DNA from: Octopus vulgaris
Taxonomy: Eukaryota
Assembly (NCBI GenBank): GCA_951406725.2
Contig: OX597819.1
Span: forward strand, 17,298,001-17,362,000
DNA length: 64,000 bases
Reading direction: 5' to 3'
Of the stretch, positions 42,831-56,292 are shown piece by piece (position 1 is the first letter of the stretch; each line of letters starts with the position of its first letter). The position numbers and the translations under genes were made by a program. Below the pieces are notes generated by a model. The model was not told the DNA's origin and did no database searches. It saw nothing but the letters and a program-made list of their open reading frames with translations.

Positions 42831-42841
42831 CTTTTCTTTGT

Positions 42842-42916
<75 letters not shown>

Positions 42917-43697
42917 CACACACACACACTCACACATTTATACGTGTGTGTATATAAATATGTATATACAAGATCCCCGATTTATAAACAAAAAATACTA
43001 ATTACTTTTTAACCTTTAAAAACATCGGTTTTGACAATTTGAACAGCGCTGTTAATAACATTAACACCTACAAGTATACACATTTTGCCCAACGAAGAAA
43101 CGAAGCCAATTTTGAGTAGGAAAATGTTTCTAGTGACAAACGGAACTGTCAGAATATTCTTCCTTAACCTTTTTGTCAAGAGAGGAATTTTCTCTTTAAA
43201 TTATTAAGTTCCGAGAGCCAACAAGGTAAGAATTCACAAATCACTGCTTGTCTAAAAGAACCGTGTATTTTCTATTGCCCTCAAAGCAACTACTGGAGAT
43301 AGCACAGGCTAACCTGTCGAGTAATATGTTCTCCATCGATGGGGTATAACTTGCAGAACCATATTCCTGAGTTTCAAAACGACGGACGGGTGAGAAAAGC
43401 ATATGGAGGTATATACATACTCAAATCTGTATACACTTGCTCAAAACTGCAACACATGTAGCTGTAAAATCCATTCAGGAGATTTATGTTCGGAAAGTAC
43501 TTGAAAAAAACAGAAAATAACAAATGTGAGAGCAGCGACAGCAACAGTAGTCCAAAGAATGAAATATTTTCTAAACAACATGGGCCTGAAGTTTTATAAA
43601 CAATGGAAGACATCGCTTCGTTCTCAATCCCTGAAGCCGAGTGTAAGTGAATCCTATCCTCGCAGCACCACAACACTGTTATGGAATTATATAAATA

Positions 43698-44968
43698 CGA
43701 GGGACGTTCAATAAGTAATGCCCCTGACCCACTTCCCATAGCAGTAGAGCAACGACACTTGGCACAGTTATTAGTCTTTTCCTACATAGGAACTACTCAG
43801 AGTTATGCATTTCTCCCATCGTTTGATACAGCTCTGGAGACCGTTTTTGTAGAAGACCCCAGCTTGGTCCTCCAACCACGACGTGACTTCAGAAATCAAG
43901 GCTGCATCATCTGGGAAACGCTTTCCTTTCAAAATCAACTTCATGGCTGGGAAGAGGTGAAAATCAGAGGGTGCAAGGAGAGGAGTTCATAGCTGCACGC
44001 CTGTGCTTCTGATCTGGCGACACGCGAGTTGTGGACCGGAGTGTTGTCCTGCAGGAGGAGGATGCCTTTGCTGATCTTGCCCCGCCTCTTGATTTTGATA
44101 GCTTCTCATAATTTCCTCAAAAGTGAAGCATAATAGGCTCCTGTAATTGTGGTACCATTTGCCAGGAAATCTGTCATCACTACTCCGTCCTGGTCCCAGA
44201 AGACTGTGAGCATAACCTTGTCAGCGGCGGGCTGCACCCTTGCCTTCTTTGGAGGAGGTGAGTCACGATGCTTTCACTGCATTGACTGGGCTTTGGTCTA
44301 TGGATCATAGTGATGGACCCAGGTTTTATCCTGTGTGATCAGTCTTTTGAAAAATTTTGACTCATCTTCTTGGCAACATCTCCAAATTCATCCTCGAGCA
44401 CTCAACGCGTTCTTGCTTCTGGAAAGGTGTGAGCAACCTGGAAATCCATCTGGCAGACACCTTTTGCATATGCAAATGGTCATGAATGATAGTTTCCACA
44501 GACCCGGTACTAATCTTGACCTTATGGGCTATTTGGCGAATAGTTATGCGTTGACCTTCCAAAATGGCAGCCTCAACTTGACGGACAGACGTCTCATCAA
44601 CGGCAGAAGGGGGCGACCAGATCTGGGAGCTGTTTCCACAGAGTTCCGACTATGTTTGAATTCACAATGCCAGCGTTTTACAAGGTCATATGATGGGGCA
44701 TCATCACCATAAGTTACTTTCATTTCATCAAAAGTCTCCCGTGGTGTGCGTCCTTTCAAATACAAAAACCAGATCACTGCTCGACACTCAACAGGCTCCA
44801 TTTCACACTTGACTCAGTTCAAACACCTGTAAATCAGAAACCACAATTAGTTCAGAACTGTAATTCGCCACTTAATCTATAGACGTATAAATAAGTGCAC
44901 ATGCAAAATTTCAGCTAGATCAAACAACTGCAAGTGGGTCAGGGACATTACTTATTGAACACCCCTCG
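43698..44968 (-). mobile_element. Full-length (~1.27 kb) mariner with a frameshifted transposase
   Basis: TA TSD and TIRs cgagggacgttcaataagtaatgcccctgaccc / gggtcagggacattacttattgaacacccctcg. Peptides MEPVECRAVIWFL..RSGRP, KVSARWI, QDKTWVHHYDP, KVMLTVFWD and LLQDN. Confidence 0.95.
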
Positions 44969-44978
44969 TATATGGGGG

Positions 44979-45806
44979 CGGGGTGTTCAGATGAAAAAAG
45001 GTAACACAAAATCCCATCCAAAAACAGAAAAACAGAAGTATTGCAAAAAAAAAGTATCAACTAGATTATGGCGGTTTACTCAAAATATCGGGCCTCATCT
45101 TTCACATGGAACTTAGCGCACGTATTACTCACTGAGTTCCTGGGAAGATTTTCGAACACCTCAATGATCTTAGCCACCAGTTCGGCCTTGATGTTGCAGG
45201 CAGAGCAACTGGTGTCTTTCTTAACTGCACCACACACATAGGATTACAATCGGGGGAACTTGGAGGTTAGAAATTCGGGTTGGTGAAGTCGTAGAAATTG
45301 TTTAACAACCACTTCTGACTCTTTCCCGAATGTATGGCAAGGAACCGAATCCTGCTGCCACACATATGACCCTCAAGCATCCACCTCTACCTGCTTGTGT
45401 TGGATCACAGGCAGTAGCATCTTTACATAACTGTCTGAATTGAGCTTAAGTCCCTGTTCAAAGATATTTGAACGAACCTTTGCGAACCAGTCAGAATGTC
45501 TGCTGCGTTCTTTCCTGCTGGCCACAATTCCGTAGTCTACATTGCAGCTGTCTGTGTCACGTTTTACAACAATTCCAGTTTTCAGAGAGCATCGATCAAC
45601 ATTCACGATGTCGGCATTTTGATACCGGGCACAAATCGTCATGATAATACAAGCAACTCTTTTCCAATATACAGGTGGCGTCCAATCCTCCATGTCATCC
45701 AGCCTTATCTCAACTACAACATTAATCTCTATGTTCTCCAACACCGGTGACTGTTCAACAAAAACAGGAGACATAAAAATTCGTCACATTTAGATCGAAC
45801 ACCCTG
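44979..45806 (-). mobile_element. Internally deleted Tc1/mariner-superfamily element (maT/DD37D-like)
   Basis: Termini cggggtgttc / gaacaccctg. Peptides WQQDSVPCH, PPSSPDCNP and FEQGLKLNSDSYVKML. Confidence 0.75.
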
Positions 45807-45828
45807 GAAATATAAATATATAAAAATA

Positions 45829-46150
45829 CTAGCAGTATCGCCCGGCGTTGCTCGGGTTTGTAAGGGAAATAACTATAAAGTAAATTTTTTTAAAATCGTT
45901 GACTCATCGTAGACATTTTTAGATAGTTACTTCCCTTTAAAAAAATATGCATTAAAATGGAAAAAATTATGGTAAATTATTTTAAAAATCGTAGACTCAT
46001 CGTAGACGCGCGCTAATAGCCAGAAGGGCTCGATATGAATCACGACTATAAGATACCCGGTTTTGGTTAAACTGCACCGCAAAATGTGGGAGTAGTTAGG
46101 AATCTAAATCGGAGTAGACAGACACACAACTTCACTTTTATATATAAAGA
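45829..46150 (-). mobile_element. Non-autonomous Helitron, about 320 bp
   Basis: Minus strand A|TCtttatatataaaag ... subterminal hairpin cccgagcaacgccggg ... CTAG|T, with no TSD. Internal direct repeat aaaatcgt.gactcatcgtagac. Confidence 0.88.
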
Positions 46151-46410
46151 TATGTATTTTTAAACCAAAAAGTTGACTGCGTGCTCGACGTTTCGTCTTG
46201 ATATCCACCATCAGGTTAGCAAAACTAAATTCAAAGTCATTGTCAACCCTTTTCTTGTAAAGATTAATAAGATATGCACTCTACAAATGAGTAGTAATCC
46301 TTCAGTTCATTATTATCATTATTATTGGTACTATTATTATTATTATCATTATTATTGGCGATACCCTGGCCAATGATGTAAATCCGAGGCGTGGTTATTG
46401 CTAGTTGGAA

Positions 46411-46494
<84 letters not shown>

Positions 46495-46534
46495 GTTATT
46501 ATTATTATTGCTGTTGTTGTTGTTGTTGTTATTA

Positions 46535-46593
<59 letters not shown>

Positions 46594-47098
46594 GAGTGAG
46601 AAAGCAGTGCATGCCATCAAAGTGACACTGGGGTAAAATATGCGAAGCCCAATATACCCATCATGACTACCCGTCTGATAAAGGTACACCAGGCACATGC
46701 ATCACAACCATATGTGCGCGACATGGTGATCTCATATCAAGATAAACAGCACATGACCTTGCAGGTGGGGCCCAGTTAGAATTTTCTTCAGGTTGAGTAG
46801 CCCATCCCGCTCAAACGGTCCCTGAATAAGGGTTGTTTAAGGATGTTGAAAGAACCACCCATGTTTCCAGAGGTGAACTATTCAAACCCCAAAGAATCCC
46901 TCTCAACACATGGCTATGATGCTCCCCCACTACTTCTGCTCGTGATCAGAGATGCACATATCGTCAGCCACTAAGGGACATGCTCAACTGGTTAAGGTCA
47001 AACAACTGACAAGCAAATCTGTGGTATTGAGCAGAATATTTGCTGTAGCCCATCTTTTATACCAAGACAAAACAATGTACATGATAACACTTCCAATC
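46594..47098. mobile_element. ~505-bp non-coding insert in a (TAT)n/(TAA)n microsatellite
   Basis: A complex, higher-GC block bounded on both sides by pure (tat)n. Its mobile nature is inferred. Confidence 0.55.
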
Positions 47099-47129
<31 letters not shown>

Positions 47130-47135
<6 letters not shown>

Positions 47136-47340
47136 TCGGCCTTAGCGAAGGCGAAGGTGTTGTTTACAGTTGTGTTTGTTTGTTTGTTTGTTTGTTTGCT
47201 CGTGGACAAGATATCTCAAGAACCGCTGGATGGATTCGGATGAAACTTTGAGGGATGTTTGGCTTTGTGACTGGCACAGACTGATTAGATTTTGGGATCG
47301 ATCCATTTCCGGACAAGGATTCTTGATTATTTTTTCATAT
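47130..47340 (+). mobile_element. Helentron-associated (HINE/DINE-1-like) element end
   Basis: ttacctcggcct..aggcgaaggt subterminal inverted repeat, a (gttt)n tract, then ggatggattcggatgaaactt. Confidence 0.65.
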
Positions 47341-47452
47341 TCTCTTTACTTTACACGTGTATGTAAAATTTCACACAGTTCTCTTGTACAGGCACCACAC
47401 ATACACACATATACTCTCACGTTTTCAGTGTTGAACATTACCACCCCATTTC

Positions 47453-47517
<65 letters not shown>

Positions 47518-47889
47518 CAAACACACTTCTCTTTTACTCACACATATACTCACACTTCAAACGCCTGTTATTGGCTTTTTCACTTCTTCCTTCGTTATTC
47601 ATCATCCCTTTTCTCATTCATACGAATCCCGCTTTGCCATTTATATCCTCTACTTTCACCTCGCTCTCTGGCTCTATTATATATATGTATATATATATAC
47701 AAATAAAAAAAAGACAACGCTCTTTATTATATTAGGAGATTATACATATGTTTTAACATTTTACAGTATACTTACATACATAATTCTATACATTGATCTA
47801 AAACAAAAGGGTTACTAAAGGAAAGGAAGAGAAAGTCAAAAGGTCTCATGATATATATTGAAGGATTTTATTTCAGATACAGTTCTATA

Positions 47890-49245
47890 TTTATTGTGAA
47901 CTGTAGAGGTTCAGTATGTCATCCACTGACCCGCTTCCTTGTGGATATAATCAGTCCATTAGCAGGAAAGTCAGCATCGTACGTGAAGAATTCCCCCCTC
48001 TTCACAAAATTGATCAAGGATACCCCCATTGAATCCAACAAGATGATGAGTCTAGATTAGATAAGCCTGTTCAATAAAATCCCAACTGGTGAAGCACTAT
48101 CGGTGATACAAGAAAAACTAGTGGCAGACATCATCTAAAAGAACGCACTAGTATACCAATAAGAAACTTGATGGAAATGTTGACCTTCTGTGTAGAAAAT
48201 ACCTACTACAGTATGGACACTAATATATATCGACGAGAGGAGGGTTTAGCTATGGGTTAGCCATTATCACCGATAATAGCCAACATATACATGGAATACT
48301 TTGAGAATTTGGCTTTAGGATCAGCACCACTAACATTAATACTATGGCTACGATATGTTGATGACACCTTTATAATCTGGCCCCACCAGGAAGATGTCAA
48401 AGTGCTGTTAGATCATGTGAACTCAATAAAGCCATCCATACAGTTCACAATGGAAAAGGAAAAAGACAATCAGCTGACATTCCTGGACGTATCAATAACA
48501 CGCACCAAGTATGGATTCAGGACATCCGTATACCGCAAGCCGAACTTTACTGGATGTTACCTCAACTTCAATTCCCAACATCCGTACAGTGTAAAGAGAG
48601 GGACTGCTCTGTGCCTAAGACAACGTGCAAAGAATATAAGTAGCGATCGTGATACACAACACGAAGAAATGATCAAGCTCAATAACGATCTGTTAAGCAA
48701 CAACTACCCCAAAAACATACTATCCACTCCAATTATGAAGAAGAGGGAGGATGATAAACTGTCCACATTCTGTCTACCCTATTTGAAAGGCCTCTCTGAA
48801 AAGATACAAAAAATATGCAGCCCATATGACATAAAGACAGTATTCAAAAGTAATACAACACTTCGCAAATATCTCCTTCGATTAAAACCACCAATAGAAG
48901 AGAATACGACTAAGGACTGCGTGTACTCCATCCCATGCAGCTGTGGTAGGTTATACAAAGGCGAAACATACCGCCCCTCAAAATAAGGGTAGACGAACAT
49001 TGCAGGAAACGAACATCGCAAAGCTGTGACACAGGGAGATATTGATAAATTCAGTACAGCTGATCATGTATGGAAAAATGGAGACCACCTCCCCCTGTGG
49101 GATGAAGTTAAAATAATAGAAAGAGAATACTACTGGAAATTATGAAAACGGAAAGAAGCAGCACATATGCTAGGACACAACAACCTCCTAAGCAGACTGA
49201 GTGCAGATATGAGCAGCATCTGGGAACCGGCATTAAGGAAGTATA
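47890..49245 (+). pseudogene. Penelope-like element ORF (RT plus GIY-YIG endonuclease), 5'-truncated with stops
   Basis: MMSLD*ISLF, GLAMG*PLSPIIANIYME, WLRYVDDTF, QFTMEKE..LTFLDV, VYRKP and VYSIPCSCGRLYKGET. Confidence 0.95.
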
Positions 49246-49557
49246 GGAGAATATTAGATTTATAAGCCCTAAAATTCACTCCGTAATTGTACGTGTATGT
49301 GTGCATGTGTTTACACTCATAACCCCAAGATTTCGAGTTCGATTCCAAGCAGTGACCTGAACCACCACCACCACCACCACCACCACCACCACCACCACCA
49401 CCACCACCACCACCACCACCACCACCACCACCACCACCACCACCACCACCACCACCACCACCACAACCACAACAACAGCAACAACAACAACAACAATAAT
49501 AATAACAGCATGGAAAAATACCTTAGGAATGAAACCCCAGGTTCGAAATTTCCCTAA

Positions 49558-49603
49558 AACACCTGAAGAAGGCTTGAGGGTATATCAACCGAAACGTTGT
49601 GTT
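49558..49603 (+). ncRNA. Minimal type I hammerhead, canonical core
   Basis: aacac-CTGAAGA-a gg.ttga gggtata tcaa cc-GAAA-cg-TT-gtgtt, with a perfect 5-bp stem I. Confidence 0.82.
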
Positions 49604-49757
49604 AACTAACAACAAACAAAATGAGGACAACTATCCGTCGAATGTAAATAGTGTAAATAATCTATTTCAGATATTCTCATTTTAAACATCAGCTCTGGTT
49701 AATTGTTGTGAGGACGTTGGTGTTGCGTTGGCGGAGTTTTGCCATCTCTGAGTGCTC

Positions 49758-49828
<71 letters not shown>

Positions 49829-50800
49829 TTATATATATATCACAGGAGAGAAAATCAAACACACATACACAAGGACACATATACACGCAGAGACACACGC
49901 ACGCAGACACACACATAGAAGCAGATACATACACGTCACACATACACGTAAATTATATTTAGCTGCGTAAATAAAATATATACGTAAATCTATATTTGGT
50001 ATGTATGCACCCGATTATGTGTTGTGAGTTTCAGTGTATCAGTGAATAACAAAATGTCCGCCGTAAGGAGATTAGCTATAAATATTAAATAGGAAAGTCA
50101 CGTGCCCACTATCTAGGCCATCAGAAATGTCAACATACGATATTCAGTCGATAGGACTTCTGAATTAGAGCACTTACAACTGGATCGAGGAGTGAGGGTG
50201 GAGGATAACGAATCGGTCAATCAGATTTTCTAGATCAATCACGGTGGGGTAGAGTGGTATTATGGTTATCGTTACGGTGTTAACAGTAAATTTCGCACCG
50301 GCATTTTCTAAGCGATCAAACGGGGCTATGTATGTATGTATGTATGTATGTATGTATGTATGTATGTATGTATGTATGTATGTATGTATGTATGTGTGTA
50401 TGTATGTATGTAATAATGTGCGTATGTATGTGTGTATGTATGTACGTATGTGTGTACGTATGTATGTATGTGTGTATGTAAGTATGTATGTGTGTATGTA
50501 AGTATGTATGTGTGTCAGTATGCATGTATGTACTTATGTATTTATATTTTGCAGAATTTGAGAGATTAAAGTATTAACATTTTTGTTAATATGTCACATA
50601 TACTGCTGTGTACATGTGATCTCTATGTATGTATGTATGTATGTGTGTATGTATGTATATATGTAAGTATGTATGTATGTGCGTGTATGTATGTGTGTGT
50701 ATGGATGTATATGTGTACGTATGTATTTGATTGTATGTGTGTGTATGAATGTACGTATGTTTATACGTAATACATATGTGTGTGCATATATATGTATATA

Positions 50801-50884
<84 letters not shown>

Positions 50885-51085
50885 ATAAGAGGTAATGGTG
50901 TCAGTGAGACGCAAAGGTGTCAGGTAATGCTGAATAAGTGCTATGAATAGACCATAGTTACGTTCCATAATTAAGGGGTCCAACTTAGGTCATATATCAG
51001 CGTGTGTATATATAAAATATGTTTTCGTAATGAGATAAAAAAAACCCCCAAGGTTGTGTAGATTTCAGAACATTTATAAACAGAA

Positions 51086-51290
51086 TGCTTTACAGCTGTT
51101 TCTAGGATATTTATTATATCCCTTCATCGGAGACGGTGTGAGAAGACGGTTAAGCAATAGTTAATTAACTAATATATATATATATATATATGTTACAAGC
51201 TTCATTAGCTTACAGCTGTTTCCGCTATAAGATGCAGTAGACTCAGAGTTGAGTGTTTGAATGATGCCTTATAGCTTCATCGGAGGCTCC
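51086..51290 (-). ncRNA. Two tandem hammerhead-like motifs with a CCGAUGA core
   Basis: Minus strand CCGATGA-agctataag..cttatagc g-GAAA-cagctg-TA and CCGATGA-agggatat aataa atatcct a-GAAA-cagctg-TA. Stem I is weak in both. Confidence 0.55.
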
Positions 51291-51505
51291 GATAAAGCTA
51301 TGAGTTGTTATTCAGATACTAAATATAAGCAGAGGAACTTCAATGGTGCTGACTACGAACATAAAGGATTGAAATGTAAATGTCACTTGTAATTGTATTG
51401 TTTGTACATTGCAAAGGATTAGAAAAGCTGCTATGATTGCGGTTGTCTCCCTTTGCATATGGCTTCAGATTACTTTATTGCAAGAGTGACACCCTACTGG
51501 GCGTA

Positions 51506-51921
51506 TACTCTTTACTCTTTTACTCTTTTAATTGTTTCAGTCATTTGACTGTGGCCATGCCGGAGCACCGCCTTTTTAGTCGAGCAAATCGACCCCCATG
51601 ACTTATTCTTTGTAAGCCTAGTACTTATTCTATCGGTCTCTTTTGCTAGCTTACGGGGATGCAAACACACCAGCATCGGTTGTCAAGCAGACACACAACA
51701 TGCACACACAACATACACACACAAACATACACACACACTCACATATATACATATATACGACGGGCTTCTTTCAGTTTCCGTCTACCAAATCCACTCACAA
51801 GGCTTTAGTCGGCCCGAGGCTATAGTAGAAGAAACTTGCCCAAGGTGCCACGCAGTGGGAATGAACCCGGAACCATGTGCTTGGTAAGCAAGCTACTTAC
51901 CACACAGCCACTCCTGCGCCT
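51506..51921 (-). mobile_element. tRNA/CORE-type SINE, family D (internal microsatellite, (gagtaaaa)n tail)
   Basis: Head aggagtggctgtgtggtaagtagcttgc, B-box gggttcattccc, and CORE-like ggcaccttgggcaag. Matches 52573-53004. Confidence 0.9.
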
Positions 51922-52128
51922 ATGTGTATGTGTGCATGTGTTTACACTCACTAATACATATTTATATATACACATATATACATATATATATGTATAATAA
52001 ATACTCACATCCTTACACATGCAGACACACGTACGAACGTACACTAACACACGCACAGAGACGCACACACACGGACACGTAAAAACATATGGAAGTGTGT
52101 CTGAAGAGAGCATGGCAACGATAGAGAT

Positions 52129-52555
52129 GCTATTGTAGTGTCAAGCGTCCTGGCAAGAATTCTTCATCGCCACCTAAATAAACACCCTGTCATTGATGTC
52201 CTTCCTGAATCTGAATGTAGCTTCCGTTCTGGCTGAGTAACAATTGATATGATTTTCACAGCAAGATAAACGCACAAGTGCAGTGAGCAGAACATGGATC
52301 TCGTCCAGGTTTTCATTGATCTAACAAATATATTCGCTACTGCGAGTAGGGCATCTATGGAAAATAATTTGCAAACGATTATGTATTGATAATTAAACAA
52401 TTCAACGATTTTATGGCAGCATTGGTCAGTGCTGGTTGGAGCATGGTGGGACCCATTAGTTGAAGAAAAGGTGTAAAACAGGGCGGTATCATTATACCCA
52501 TGTCTCATGTTTCTGTCAGCAGTAGAGTCTATATGGGGCTGAAACATTGAAGAAG
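52129..52555 (+). pseudogene. RTE (BovB-like) reverse transcriptase fragment
   Basis: LARILHRHL..VLPESECSFRSG*VTIDMIFTAR..KCSEQNMDLVQVFIDLT..GVKQG. Confidence 0.85.
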
Positions 52556-52572
52556 CAGTTGGACGGTCGTTA

Positions 52573-52813
52573 TACTCTTTTACTCTTTTACTCTTTTACT
52601 CTTTTACTTGTTTCAGTCATGTGACTGTGGCCATGCTGGAGCACCGCCTTTAGTCGATCAAATCGACCCCAGGACATATTCTTTGTAAACCTAGTACTTA
52701 TTCTATCAGTCTCTTTTTTGCCGAACAGCTAAGTTACGGGGACTTAAACACACTAGCATCGGTTGTCAAGCGATGTTGGGAGGACAAATACAGACACACA
52801 AACACGCACATGC

Positions 52814-52845
<32 letters not shown>

Positions 52846-53004
52846 ACGACGGGCTTCTTTCAGTTTCCGTCTACCAAATCCACTCATAAGGCTTTGGTCG
52901 GCCCGAGGCTATAGTAGAAGACACTTACCCAAGGTGCCACGCAGTGGGACTGAACCCGGAACCATATGGTTGGTAAACAAGCTACTTACCACACAGCCAC
53001 TCCT
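52573..53004 (-). mobile_element. SINE family D
   Basis: Homologous to 51506-51921. Confidence 0.9.
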
Positions 53005-53350
53005 ACGAGGATGCTTAGAATGGCACTCAGTGTCTCCTGGATGAGTAATACAACAAACGCCGACTTACACCAGGGACTACCAAAAGTAACAGTGATGAGG
53101 CTAGCTGGATATTGCATCAGACACACCGATGAATTTGCTAACAAGCTCGTGCTCTGGCAACCAATGGAAGGAAGAAGCAAGAGAAGAAGGAGGAAGACGA
53201 CGTGTATCGACAACTTGCTGGAGGATACTGGTATGGAAGGGGTACAGGAGCTGCGGACCATTATGGAAGAGCGAGATGAATGGGGAAAACGTGTAGAAAC
53301 AGTCTTGGGTTGTCCTATGGGACGACCTAGATGAGAGAGAGAGAGAGAGG
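53005..53350 (+). pseudogene. RTE-clade LINE 3' end
   Basis: RMLRMALSVSW..MRLAGYCIRH..KLVLWQP..GRSKRRRRKTTCIDNLLEDTG..MEERDEW, followed by (GA)n. Confidence 0.85.
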
Positions 53351-54060
53351 TCTCATTTTTTAAAATAATGTTCTGTTAGTCGTAATTTTGCCACTAACAC
53401 AATTGTTGGTCTTTACTTCAATTTGCTGCGTTTTATTACCAAAGCGGAAAGTTTTCAATTCCTTTTCCATGTCTTATTCTATGCAGATGTCTGTGACTTA
53501 GATGCACATTTAGTTGAATCTACAAGAAAATCTGACGGATTATATTTCTACATCTGGTTTTGGCTTTTGGTCTCGACATCAGCCTGCAGTGTTGTAATAA
53601 TTCTTCAGCAGTACACACATAAAATCAGCTATCATATTTGAAGGAGCGCAATTGAAATTCTTTGACAAGTTTCTCGACGTGGTCAGCACAATCAGCTCTT
53701 CATGTTGTTTAGTAGTATACCTTCAATTCTGCGGCTTCAGAAAACAACTGATTTAACAATAAAGGTTCCAGAGATTTTTGGATAAGATTCTAGATGGAAT
53801 GAAGATGGTGCAAACTAATCTTTTATTCTGTCTAGTTTTCCTTCATCTTCTGAATTATAACGCACTGTAAAGTCTCCTTATAGTAAATGCATAGTCAATT
53901 GACGGTAAAGTGTTAGATTTGTATGTCCCATCAGACATTTTGAGTTATGAACGAAGTTTGTAACTTTCGTGCTTAAATTCATATCTCAATTGCATTTTCG
54001 GACATTCTACATGTCAGATACTTGTATACACAATTCAATTTCTTTCTTTCTTTCTTTCAT

Positions 54061-54144
<84 letters not shown>

Positions 54145-54252
54145 TATATACATGGATACACACATATATGTATGTATGTATATATGTATACATACATTCA
54201 TACATACATACACACACACACACATATATATATATATATTTATATATATATA

Positions 54253-54520
54253 TCACGTGATCACGTGACCGACCAGTCCATCAGATGTAGTTACACATCG
54301 CTGGTCACAAAGCGTTCGCATTGTTTTAGCCTTCGAATGACGCCACAGAAGAAAGAGTGGTGAAAGAGTACAGCAGGGATCACCACCCCCTGCTGGAGCC
54401 TCGTGGAGCTTTTAGGTGTTTTCGCTCAATAAACACTCACAACGCCCGGTCTGGGAATCGAAACCACGATCCTACGACCGCGAGTACGCAGCCCTAACCA
54501 CTGGGCCACTGCGCCTCCAC
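54253..54520 (-). mobile_element. SINE family B, tail type 2, with a ~26-bp internal deletion
   Basis: Matches 38851-39144 but lacks cccgctggctaagcgagcaggccaac. Flanked by (TA)n. Confidence 0.92.
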
Positions 54521-54673
54521 ATATATATATATGGTTCCATGTTCCGTCCTACAGCATAGCAAAATGGAGAGGTGAATTCTTTAATAAGCCGATCAAAAGT
54601 ATACACATACATACATACATACATAAATAAATACATACGTACATACATATAGAATACATATATATACATATGT

Positions 54674-54726
<53 letters not shown>

Positions 54727-55471
54727 TATATGTTATATATATACAGGATGCATAAGGTATTTGAGGAATACAATTTTTGGGGTCATTGCTGCATAAATTC
54801 TTATAAAGGTTTTATCCTATTTTTAAATTGTAAATTTAACCGGAGTATATTCAGTAATGAATTTTTATTCCGAATAGGCACGTTATTACCGAAATGCAAT
54901 CCGAAAAAGCCCGCCATTTACATAGATGTATAAAGGGTGAACATTTCTATATGCTACGTTGGATACATTGGTTGTTCGTCTGGTATGTTGATTTTGTTCA
55001 TTCGTTATAAATATTGAACTATGTTTGCACTGATGACTAAAAAGTGCACTGCTGCACTAATTATGAAATCACGGTGATCTGCAGCTAAATTCTGTTTTTA
55101 AATTACTTGCTTCGAGAGTTGCACTCGGTACGATGTGTTTATCTTGGTAGTTTTGACTTTAAGAGTCCCACCTAGCGCGCGTGCGCGTGTGTGTGTGTAT
55201 AAAGGAATGCAAAAAAGGGACAACCATCTGGCCAGCCCCAAGGAAAAACTAAGCTGAGAGCATTCGATTCTTTGGAAGAAAGCAGCGAATGTATACGAAA
55301 ACAAAGACGAAAAAAACGGAGAACAGTTACACAAATACAAATGCAAATAACAGGACATAACAACAGTTGTCTTTCGACGACAACTATATATATATATATA
55401 TATAGTTAGAATTTACAGAAAAACAAAAACGAAAACAGGTGTATTAGTTCAACGCTCGGGAAGGTGAGAAA

Positions 55472-55510
55472 GTCGTCTACGCTTCGAGCCTACGCTCTTC
55501 AACAGAAACG
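55472..55510 (-). ncRNA. Hammerhead-like motif, CUGUUGA variant (degenerate GAAG), in a (TA)n-flanked element (about 55404-55585)
   Basis: Minus strand cgttt-CTGTTGA-agagcgtaggctc-GAAG-cgt-agacg. Stem II is identical to that at 23157-23197. Confidence 0.55.
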
Positions 55511-55584
55511 AACACAGGAAATAAACAAATAAAGCTTTAGAGTCTCGCGGTCTATCATGGCGGCTGGTTGCACAGAGGTGGTTT

Positions 55585-55700
<116 letters not shown>

Positions 55701-55898
55701 TTTAAGCCCATGTCCAGCGATAACATAGATAGAGGTACCTAGTAATATTAGTCGGTTTCAGATTGTTAGCAAGCAATGTATTGAAGGCTAACGCAGATTT
55801 GACAAAATTTCCTTAACTCGTATTTTCCCGTCATCACTGTGTTTATCTCTTAATCTTTTTATCTGATGGGTTTTATGATAATACGCACATACCACGCT

Positions 55899-55941
<43 letters not shown>

Positions 55942-56025
55942 ACGCACACACAAGCGCGCGCGTGCGAAGTTTTAATTGCATGCATCAGTGTATTGGGATA
56001 TTTACTCTGTGTGTATATATATATA

Positions 56026-56127
<102 letters not shown>

Positions 56128-56237
56128 GTTTTATATATATTGGTATACGCACGCACATATATGTGTATGTTCTCACTTCTATGAATGTATGTGTACCTGT
56201 GTGTATGAGATATTATGAGAGAAAGAGAGGGAGAGAT

Positions 56238-56292
<55 letters not shown>

